Of a stretch of 64,000 nt of DNA, positions 56,852 to 64,000 are shown in pieces. Within the stretch, counting starts at the first letter, position 1. Each line of letters opens with the position of its first letter. The stretch comes from Bacteroidota bacterium (GTDB lineage: Bacteria > Bacteroidota > Bacteroidia > NS11-12g > UBA955). The stretch spans positions 334 to 64,333 of the forward strand of contig JBKCJE010000013.1 of assembly GCA_046301955.1 (NCBI GenBank), read 5' to 3'. Both the position numbers and the translations under genes were made by a program. Under the pieces are notes generated by a model that worked only from the letters and a program-made list of their open reading frames with translations, had not been told where the DNA came from and did not search any database.

Positions 56852-59182
56852 TTAAAATTCTAAACGATAAAAACCAGAGGGGATGAATACAAAAGGTGTG
56901 GTTCCAGTCAAAACCAATTTTCCGGCCGTGTTGACTTCCCATCGTGCGTTGATGGGGTTGATCGAACCCAAAACATTGTATACTTGAAGACCCCAGAACT
57001 CGCGATAACCGCGGTTGTAATAGGGTTTAATTTCTTTGGTGAATCCAATGTCAAATCGCTTGTACATTGGCATCCTGTAGTTGTTTTTTCTACTGTAGTC
57101 GAATACCAATTTATTGTCGGTAGTTAGATACTGTCCTGTTGGCACCGTATAAACATTTCCGCTCATCAACATGCCCGACATGTTAATTGTCAACCAAGTC
57201 TGTGCTTGCCAAGTGAATTGCGCTTTCAATTGATGTGGTCGATCCCAACGATAATCGAAGGGTTTGCCATCATTGATAAATTCGAAGGTGCGCTCTGTTT
57301 TTGAGTATGTGTAACTCAACAGACCTGTTCCTGAACCTGTTTTCTTGGTAATCATCGCTTCGAAGCCTCTAGCCCTACCTGTTCCTTGTACGATGCTGCG
57401 CTCCCAGAAGTCTTTTACAAAAGGATCCTCTTCTACCCCTGTGAGATCGGTAATTCCGTCAAACCACTTGTAATAGCCTTCTGCTGAAAATTCAACCCCT
57501 GTAGCCAAGGGAAACAAATAAGCGCAACTAATTTGGGTTGTACGCTGGGGTCTGAAGCTCGCACTGCTCGGAAACCAGACATCTCTGGGCAAAGAGCCGT
57601 TCACACTAGACAATTGATTCAGGCCTTGATTCGCGACAGAAAAGCCCAATTGAATGCGCTTTTTACCTTCTAACAACTGACTAATAATCAGACGTGGCTC
57701 TGGTCTCACATAGGTTTTCGTGTTGGTTACAAAGGTCCATACCCTCAGACCAAAATTCACAGACAGACCAATATTGGGGTGCATATCGAGTTCAGCATAA
57801 TTTGCCCACTCGGCAATATTTTGCACATTGGCTACCCCAAAAGTGGTATCCCTATTGGCCAAATTGGTATTTTCCTGAATGCGGGTTTGTCCGGGACGCA
57901 AATTGTGGTATGTAAAATGACTGCCGTAACGAATGGTGTGTTGCGGTGAGTATACATAGGAAAAATCGCCGTTGGCTGTGTAATCGGTGATTGCGTTTTT
58001 TAATTCTTCGCTAATTTGAGCCGTTTGGGTATTTGCACCTTGGGTGATTGAACCGTCTAAATTGAACAAGTTGCTGTAAACAAAACGAGAATATCCGGTT
58101 GTAAAAGAACCAAAATGGTTGGACTTAAATTCGTGGGAATAGCGACTACCGATTTGGGTATTTTGCCAAGAGGTAAGCAAATCAAAACTGAATACTACCC
58201 TACGATTTAGAGAGTCTACCTCATCTACTTCCGATGACAATCCGTATTTGTCTCTACCATTGTAAACCCAAAAATTCCATTGGGAATGCTGATCAACTTT
58301 GTAATCAACCCTGGCGTTGATGTCATGAATATTGCCAATCAAACCGCTCTCTTGTCCGGCACCCACCAACCAATCCAAATAGCTCCTCCGTATTCCGAGC
58401 GATCCGGTCACTTTACCTCTGTGATCCAAAGGCCCATCCATCGCCACATTGGCCGTTAGTGGATCTACATGCATTTTGCCTGTCCATTCTTTGGCAGCAC
58501 CGCCATCCGTTTGGATATCGATGACCCCTCCGCCCGCACGTCCACCATATCTTGCTGGAGCAACACCCCTATAAAAATCGGCATTCTTCAATACTTCAGT
58601 ATTGTAATTCGATAGAAAACCCCATACATGACCGTTTCCATAAAGGGGTAATCCATTCATCAACAACAAATTCTGGTCAGAATTGCTTCCGCGCACCACC
58701 AAACCCGAAAGTCCTTCAATGCCACCTGTAACCCCCGGTAAAAACTGAAAATATTTCACGGGATCGCTTACCGAGAGCACACTGGGAGATTGAATAATGG
58801 CTTTTTTGGTGGTACTGTAAAACGATGGCTTGAGGTTGTAGAGCGACAGATATTCAGTGGCGGAGTCAAGTTCTCCGAATCCAACGGGACGCAAAAAGAA
58901 GTTCTTTGTCACCGAAGACTGCACATCGATCAGTACCTTTTGTGGTTTAAACCCAGGCGCCGCAACGATGATGGTTTTGTCGCCTTGTTTTGTACCAAAT
59001 TGATAAAATCCTTGTGCGTTGGATTCAACAAAGGTGTATGAAGCGGAATCCACGATGATCGCACCGGGAATTGTCTCCAATGTTTTCTTGTTATACACCC
59101 ACCCTGTAATTGCCGGTATTTGCGCAAAAACACTGGTAGTGGCGCACATTACAACGAGGCTGAAAAATCGCAAAAAACTCAT
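56852..59182 (-). CDS. TonB-dependent receptor with an N-terminal carboxypeptidase-regulatory-like domain
   Basis: Signal peptide MSFLRFFSLVVMCATTSVFAQ from the ATG at 59182, a CarbopepD_reg-like segment (ITGWVYNKKTLETIPGAIIV), a plug (LPGVTGGIEGLSGLVVRGS) and a barrel ending in RLEF. The longer ORF to 59404 overlaps folB. Confidence 0.85.
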   Translation of the reverse strand: MSFLRFFSLVVMCATTSVFAQIPAITGWVYNKKTLETIPGAIIVDSASYTFVESNAQGFYQFGTKQGDKTIIVAAPGFKPQKVLIDVQSSVTKNFFLRPVGFGELDSATEYLSLYNLKPSFYSTTKKAIIQSPSVLSVSDPVKYFQFLPGVTGGIEGLSGLVVRGSNSDQNLLLMNGLPLYGNGHVWGFLSNYNTEVLKNADFYRGVAPARYGGRAGGGVIDIQTDGGAAKEWTGKMHVDPLTANVAMDGPLDHRGKVTGSLGIRRSYLDWLVGAGQESGLIGNIHDINARVDYKVDQHSQWNFWVYNGRDKYGLSSEVDEVDSLNRRVVFSFDLLTSWQNTQIGSRYSHEFKSNHFGSFTTGYSRFVYSNLFNLDGSITQGANTQTAQISEELKNAITDYTANGDFSYVYSPQHTIRYGSHFTYHNLRPGQTRIQENTNLANRDTTFGVANVQNIAEWANYAELDMHPNIGLSVNFGLRVWTFVTNTKTYVRPEPRLIISQLLEGKKRIQLGFSVANQGLNQLSSVNGSLPRDVWFPSSASFRPQRTTQISCAYLFPLATGVEFSAEGYYKWFDGITDLTGVEEDPFVKDFWERSIVQGTGRARGFEAMITKKTGSGTGLLSYTYSKTERTFEFINDGKPFDYRWDRPHQLKAQFTWQAQTWLTINMSGMLMSGNVYTVPTGQYLTTDNKLVFDYSRKNNYRMPMYKRFDIGFTKEIKPYYNRGYREFWGLQVYNVLGSINPINARWEVNTAGKLVLTGTTPFVFIPSGFYRLEF

Positions 59183-59187
59183 TCCCA

Positions 59188-59195
59188 CAAAGATA
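59188..59195 (-). promoter_or_regulatory. -7 box (TATCTTTG on the minus strand) 5 nt upstream of the TBDR ATG
   Basis: Exact TAnnTTTG in the 14-nt folB-TBDR gap. Confidence 0.45.
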
Positions 59196-59196
59196 C

Positions 59197-59574
59197 TCAA
59201 TTGTCTTGTCTTTTGGGATAATTCTGTTCTACTTCTACCCCATGGGCTACCGCCAATACACCCCTTGCTTGAATCTGTGCTTTCCTCACACTGATTTGAA
59301 TTTGCACGAGTCCATGACTGATTTGACTTTCGATGTGTAAGAGAATGTTTTCGGCAAATGTTTCTAACAACTTTACCGGGCGCTCTGCGATGGTCAACAC
59401 CCATTGCGTAATGGTGGCGTAATCTATGGTTTGATTTAATTCATCGCTTAATGACTTTGAATCCAATTTCAACCTAACACTCACCGATAATCCAACTTTA
59501 TTCATGCGCTCTTCTTCGTACCACCCGATAGGTGCATGAATCTGTAATTGGTCAATAAAAATGGTTGTTAACAT
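59197..59574 (-). CDS. folB: Dihydroneopterin aldolase
   Basis: IFIDQLQIHAPIGWYEEERMNKVGLSVSVRL and a size of about 125 aa are typical of FolB. Confidence 0.8.
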   Translation of the reverse strand: MLTTIFIDQLQIHAPIGWYEEERMNKVGLSVSVRLKLDSKSLSDELNQTIDYATITQWVLTIAERPVKLLETFAENILLHIESQISHGLVQIQISVRKAQIQARGVLAVAHGVEVEQNYPKRQDN

Positions 59575-59615
59575 ATTCTTACCCTAAAAATTCAATGCAA
59601 AGAAAACAACTATGT

Positions 59616-59623
59616 TACATTTG
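59616..59623 (+). promoter_or_regulatory. -7 box TACATTTG for the acyl-CoA dehydrogenase gene, embedded in the palindrome GTTACA-N2-TGTAAC
   Basis: Exact TAnnTTTG, 15 nt upstream of the ATG at 59639. A 6-2-6 inverted repeat spans 59614-59627. Confidence 0.5.
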
Positions 59624-59638
59624 TAACAGATAAGTTCT

Positions 59639-60856
59639 ATGAGTTCACAAGAAATTTCAGATTTGCTGTCGGCCAACCAAGGAAAAGACCGCTACAACGC
59701 ACCCGATTTTTATGCCATCGATGATTTATTGACCGATGAACAAAAATTAATTCGCTCATCGGTTCGTGAGTATGTGAAGCGCGAATTGAGTCCGATCATC
59801 GAACACTTCGCCCAGCAAGCTGAATTTCCTCGACATATCGTCAAGCAACTGGGTGAAATTGGGGCTTTTGGTCCACAATTGCCTGTTGAATACGGCTGTG
59901 GAGGGATGGATTATACAACGTATGGTATCATCATGCAAGAATTGGAGCGATGCGATAGTGGCGTTCGTTCTACGGCATCGGTACAAGGTTCCTTGGTTAT
60001 GTATCCCATCCATAAGTTTGGTAGCGAGGCCCAAAAACAAAAATACTTGCCGAAATTGGCTTCTGGCGATTGGTTGGGTTGTTTCGGACTCACAGAGCCG
60101 GATCATGGATCGAACCCTGGTGGCATGACTACCAATTTTGTTGACAAAGGCGATCATTACCTGCTCAATGGCGCAAAAATGTGGATTAGCAATGCTCCAT
60201 TTGCCGATGTTGCCGTTGTTTGGGCGAAGAATGAAGCCGGTACTGTACACGGTTTGATCGTTGAACGCGGGATGGAAGGATTCTCAACCCCTACTACCCA
60301 CAACAAATGGAGCTTGAGAGCGAGCTGTACGGGTGAGTTGGTTTTCGATAATGTGAAAGTTCCAAAAGACAATATACTACCCGGTGTTTCCGGATTGAAA
60401 GGTCCTTTGACATGCTTAAATTCGGCAAGATACGGCATTAGTTGGGGCGCGTTGGGTGCTGCCATGGACTGCTATGACACTGCCGTACGCTACTCAAAAC
60501 AGCGCATTCAGTTTGGCAAGCCCATCGGAGGATTCCAATTGCAACAAAAGAAATTGGCCGAAATGCTGACTGAAATTACCAAAGCGCAATTGTTGGTTTG
60601 GCGATTGGGACAATTGATGGATAAAGGATTGGCCACACCCGCTCAGATCTCCATGGCGAAGCGTAACAACGTTGAAATCGCCCTGACGACGGCCCGGGAA
60701 GCACGTCAAATGTTGGGCGGAATGGGGATCACAGGCGAATTCCCAATTATGCGTCACATGATGAATTTGGAATCTGTGGTGACATATGAAGGAACTCACG
60801 ACATCCATTTGCTCATTTTGGGCATGGAGATCACAGGCGAAAACGCATTTGTATAA
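59639..60856 (+). CDS. gcdH: Glutaryl-CoA dehydrogenase-like acyl-CoA dehydrogenase
   Basis: ACAD fold motifs (GCFGLTEPDHGSNPGGM, YEGTHDIH). The N-terminus (DFYAIDDLLTDEQKLIR) is typical of GCDH. Confidence 0.75.
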   Translation: MSSQEISDLLSANQGKDRYNAPDFYAIDDLLTDEQKLIRSSVREYVKRELSPIIEHFAQQAEFPRHIVKQLGEIGAFGPQLPVEYGCGGMDYTTYGIIMQELERCDSGVRSTASVQGSLVMYPIHKFGSEAQKQKYLPKLASGDWLGCFGLTEPDHGSNPGGMTTNFVDKGDHYLLNGAKMWISNAPFADVAVVWAKNEAGTVHGLIVERGMEGFSTPTTHNKWSLRASCTGELVFDNVKVPKDNILPGVSGLKGPLTCLNSARYGISWGALGAAMDCYDTAVRYSKQRIQFGKPIGGFQLQQKKLAEMLTEITKAQLLVWRLGQLMDKGLATPAQISMAKRNNVEIALTTAREARQMLGGMGITGEFPIMRHMMNLESVVTYEGTHDIHLLILGMEITGENAFV

Positions 60857-60870
60857 ATAAACAACAATAT

Positions 60871-62271
60871 ATGTATCAGATTAAATTTGGAACAGACGGC
60901 TGGCGCGAGATCATTGCGGATGAGTTTACAGTCGCTAACGTGAGACGGGTAGCCAACGCAACAGCCACATGGTTGAATCAAAGCGATTTGCCAAAAAGCT
61001 GTGTTGTAGGATATGATTGTCGCTTCGGTGGGGAAATGTTTGCCAAGGAAACAGCCAGACAGTTGGCGGCACAAGGAATTAAAGTTGTTGTTGCACAAGG
61101 TTTTGTATCTACGCCGATGATTTCATTGGCAGCAAACCAATTGAAAACGGGTGCAGGTATTATTTTGACCGCGAGCCACAACCCTCCTACTTACAATGGC
61201 TACAAGATTAAAGCCAATTATGGTGGTCCAGCCATTCCATCAGAAGTCAATAAAGTGGAAGCATTGATTGCAAACAACTTGGTGGATGCAGGCGCATCTT
61301 TTGAATCGTACATAAGCGATGGATTGATATCTTATGGCGATTTCGAGACCATGTATTACGACCATTGCTTGCGCAGTTTTGACATGCAAGCATTGGATGG
61401 CATCTCTTCTGGTTTGGTATATGACGCGATGTATGGCGCGGGACAGGCAATTGTTAAACGATTGTTGCCCAAATCGACCATTTTGCATGGTGATCACAAC
61501 CCAGGGTTTGAAGGACGTGCACCAGAGCCCATATTGAAGAATTTGCCTGAAATCGGACCGTTGATTGCATCTAGCCCCAACAATTTGTGTGGCTTGGCTA
61601 CCGACGGGGATGCCGATCGCATTGGTTGGTTTGATGAGAATGGGCAGTTTGTTGATTCGCACCATTTGATTTTGTTGTTGATTGAATACCTTACTACATT
61701 CAAAGGTTACAGCGGCAAGGTGGTTAAGAGTTTCTCTGTGAGCGACAAAGTGCAGAAACTGTGCGATTTGAAAGGTTTAGAAGCTATTACCACCAAAATT
61801 GGATTCAAATACATCTGTGAGTACATGGTAACCGATGATGTATTGATTGGCGCTGAGGAAAGCGGTGGAATTGCGATAAAGGGTCATATTCCCGAGCGCG
61901 ATGGTGTTTGGATGGGATTGGTGTTAATGGAATACATGGCAAAAACAGGAAAATCGGTGTCGGAATTGATCCAAGACATGTATGCCAAAGTGGGTTCTTT
62001 TGCTGTTGAGCGATACGATTTACACCTAACCAATGAGTTGAAAGAAAGTATTATAGAAAACTGTAAATCAAGAAGTTACACCAAATTTGGTTCTTACGAC
62101 GTTGTGGATGTTGAGGATGTGGATGGGTATAAGTTTAGACTGAGCAACGGTTCATGGGTAATGATTCGTCCGAGCGGCACTGAGCCAGTACTTCGCGTGT
62201 ATTCAGAGTCCACAGATTCTGCATCATCATTTGCTATTTTGGATGCTACCAAGTCAACCATTCTTTCTTGA
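60871..62271 (+). CDS. Alpha-D-phosphohexomutase (phosphoglucomutase/phosphomannomutase family)
   Basis: Active-site TASHNPPTYNGYK, metal loop ATDGDADR and sugar loop GAEESGG. Confidence 0.88.
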   Translation: MYQIKFGTDGWREIIADEFTVANVRRVANATATWLNQSDLPKSCVVGYDCRFGGEMFAKETARQLAAQGIKVVVAQGFVSTPMISLAANQLKTGAGIILTASHNPPTYNGYKIKANYGGPAIPSEVNKVEALIANNLVDAGASFESYISDGLISYGDFETMYYDHCLRSFDMQALDGISSGLVYDAMYGAGQAIVKRLLPKSTILHGDHNPGFEGRAPEPILKNLPEIGPLIASSPNNLCGLATDGDADRIGWFDENGQFVDSHHLILLLIEYLTTFKGYSGKVVKSFSVSDKVQKLCDLKGLEAITTKIGFKYICEYMVTDDVLIGAEESGGIAIKGHIPERDGVWMGLVLMEYMAKTGKSVSELIQDMYAKVGSFAVERYDLHLTNELKESIIENCKSRSYTKFGSYDVVDVEDVDGYKFRLSNGSWVMIRPSGTEPVLRVYSESTDSASSFAILDATKSTILS

Positions 62272-62278
62272 TTAAACC

Positions 62279-63121
62279 ATGAATAACCAACCGCTACAAG
62301 TGAGTGTTCGAGAGGTAATTGCCTCCAAGAATGCCCGTTTGTTGCGTTGGATTCCCGAATTTCTATTGCGCTGGTTTGAAAGATTTGTACACCAAGACGA
62401 ATTGAACCGCGTATTGAGAAAATACCATGGCTTTGATGGTAGAGAATTCGCCATCAAAGCCGTGGAGGAAATGGGTTGTACGATCAAATCCCACCACACA
62501 GAACGAATACCCAAAGAAGGTCCAGTAGTATTCGTGGCCAATCACCCCATGGCAGGAATGGATGCCTTGTGTTTATTTGCAGAGGTTGGTAGAGTCCGCC
62601 ATGAACTACGCATCATTGCCAATGATGTTTTGGCGAGTATCCCGCAATTCAAAGGTTATTTTATCCCTGTGAACAAATTTGGAAAATCAGCCAAGGAATC
62701 CATGGTGCGCGTTGATGAAGCCTATGCAGAAAAGGAAGCCATGATTGTTTTTCCCTCTGGCATGTGTTCGCGCAAAACCAATGGGATAATCATGGACTTG
62801 GAATGGCAGAAGAGTTTTTTGGGCAAAGCGATTCAATACAACTACAACATAGTGCCTGTGCATATTGACGGATCAAATTCAAACCGATTCTATCGCATAG
62901 CCAATTGGCGTAAGTTCTTCAAAATCAAGTTCAACATTGAAATGATGACGCTGGCCGACGAATTGTTCAAGCAAAAGGGACAGACCATTACACTTACTTT
63001 TGGCCATCCAATTGCGGCGAATCTGTTTAACAAAAGACGCACGATGGAAGAAGTACAACTTATCAAAGACTTTGTTTATCAGCTTCCTTTGGATCCGGAA
63101 GCACGCTTTAAACTCCCCTGA
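62279..63121 (+). CDS. Lysophospholipid/1-acyl-glycerol-3-phosphate-type acyltransferase (OlsA/GlsA-like O-acyltransferase)
   Basis: PlsC-type block (VFVANHPMAGMDAL) and FPSGMCSR. It lies directly upstream of an OlsB/GlsB-like N-acyltransferase gene. Confidence 0.65.
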   Translation: MNNQPLQVSVREVIASKNARLLRWIPEFLLRWFERFVHQDELNRVLRKYHGFDGREFAIKAVEEMGCTIKSHHTERIPKEGPVVFVANHPMAGMDALCLFAEVGRVRHELRIIANDVLASIPQFKGYFIPVNKFGKSAKESMVRVDEAYAEKEAMIVFPSGMCSRKTNGIIMDLEWQKSFLGKAIQYNYNIVPVHIDGSNSNRFYRIANWRKFFKIKFNIEMMTLADELFKQKGQTITLTFGHPIAANLFNKRRTMEEVQLIKDFVYQLPLDPEARFKLP

Positions 63122-63158
63122 TTTTAGGGATTCTATAAATTTTCATTAAATTTACCCC

Positions 63159-64000
63159 ATGAGCCCACAAGCCATGTTTGAACAAATCATTGATCCTATT
63201 GACCGAGAAGTGCTATTAAAAGAGCTCACTTCAGATATATTCATTCGCCCTACAAACAATGCTTCCAACGAAATTTACATTTTCAAAGGCGATGAAAAAC
63301 CCAACTTGATGTTGGAAGTTGGTCGTTTGCGCGAAGTATCGTTTCGGGATGCCGGTGGTGGTACTGGAAAGGCAATCGATGTGGATGAATTTGATTCAGG
63401 CCCCTATTCTTACAGTCAGTTGATCGTATGGGATCCCTCAGAAAAAGCCATTGTCGGTGGCTATCGCGTTGTATTGTGCAATGAAACAAAAGATGAAACA
63501 GGCAAATTCCACCTCTCTACTACTGAAATTTTCCAATTCTCTGAGAAATTAAAAAACAACTACTTTCCTTACGCCATTGAATTGGGACGCAGTTTCGTTC
63601 AACCCGAATTTCAACCCAGCGCAGGAAGTCGGAAAGGCTTGTTTTCTTTGGACAACTTGTGGGACGGCCTCGGCGCTCTCGTTGTGATGTATCCGGAAAT
63701 GAAGTATTTCTTTGGTAAAATCACCATGTATACCGACTTTAATCGAGAGGCCAGAGATACAATTTTGCGTTTTATGCAGTATTACTTCCCTGATCCTGAA
63801 GCACTTGCCGTGGTTGATGCCCCTGTGATTTTGGAATATGATTGCAAGGAATTCTTGGATCAACTTCAAGGATTGGATTACAAAGAGGGACATAAACTGT
63901 TGAATACAAGAGTGAGGGATTTAGGTGAGAATATCCCACCGCTGTTTAATAATTACATGAATTTAAGCCCCACAATGCGCACGTTTGGCACCACAATAAA
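63159..64000 (+). CDS. GNAT-fold N-acyl amino acid synthase (OlsB/GlsB, hemolysin-like family), 3' end outside the window
   Basis: This ORF is absent from the ORF track, which has no entry in this frame; it runs open to the window end with no stop. My own translation reads MSPQAMFEQIIDPIDREVLLKEL...EVGRLREVSFRDAGGGTGKAIDVDEFD...YSQLIVWD...ELGRSFVQPEFQ...NLWDGLGALV, typical of lyso-ornithine/glycine-lipid synthases. Confidence 0.7.
   Translation, partial: MSPQAMFEQIIDPIDREVLLKELTSDIFIRPTNNASNEIYIFKGDEKPNLMLEVGRLREVSFRDAGGGTGKAIDVDEFDSGPYSYSQLIVWDPSEKAIVGGYRVVLCNETKDETGKFHLSTTEIFQFSEKLKNNYFPYAIELGRSFVQPEFQPSAGSRKGLFSLDNLWDGLGALVVMYPEMKYFFGKITMYTDFNREARDTILRFMQYYFPDPEALAVVDAPVILEYDCKEFLDQLQGLDYKEGHKLLNTRVRDLGENIPPLFNNYMNLSPTMRTFGTTI

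Noticed and set aside
59183-59404. 74-codon N-terminal extension of the TonB-dependent receptor ORF
   Set aside because: It overlaps the folB coding region in another frame and its translation is Arg/Ser-rich. A canonical signal peptide begins at the ATG at 59182, which also has a -7 box 5 nt upstream.
1-64000. Search for rRNA, tRNA, CRISPR arrays, transposases, integrases, phage genes and toxin-antitoxin pairs
   Set aside because: The intergenic gaps are almost all under 160 nt and none contains tRNA-like cloverleaf arms or spaced direct repeats. No ORF shows DDE, tyrosine-recombinase or serine-recombinase motifs. The window looks like core chromosome.

Overview
The window looks like a chromosomal segment from a Bacteroidota genome. 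Three points support this: T9SS type A and type B C-terminal sorting domains; a TonB-dependent receptor followed by a DUF4249-like lipoprotein; and TAnnTTTG -7 boxes with almost no Shine-Dalgarno sequences. Coding density is very high and most genes are housekeeping: folC, rplU-rpmA, fmt, rnr, ung, ftsE, serS, map, gyrA, uvrA, folB, hmgA, a CCA-adding enzyme, M16 peptidase, cystathionine beta-synthase and glutaryl-CoA dehydrogenase. I found no rRNA, tRNA, CRISPR array, transposase, integrase or prophage signature. The most interesting region is a tightly packed six-gene minus-strand operon at 33572-41273. It encodes four lipoproteins, a DUF1501-type alkaline-phosphatase-fold protein with a Tat-like signal, and a 1169 aa CUB/Ig-repeat T9SS cargo. 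Its parts resemble the functionally unexplained PSCyt/DUF1549/DUF1553 + DUF1501 gene pairs of Planctomycetota, but here they are split into separate lipoproteins, and the cytochrome-like domain carries CX4CH instead of CXXCH. The second notable pattern is that the -7 box sits 4-8 nt from the start codon at nine genes, which implies leaderless or near-leaderless mRNAs and helps fix several start codons. The ECF sigma gene is the exception, with a perfect AAGGAGG Shine-Dalgarno. All family assignments come from motif recognition by eye; no database search was run.
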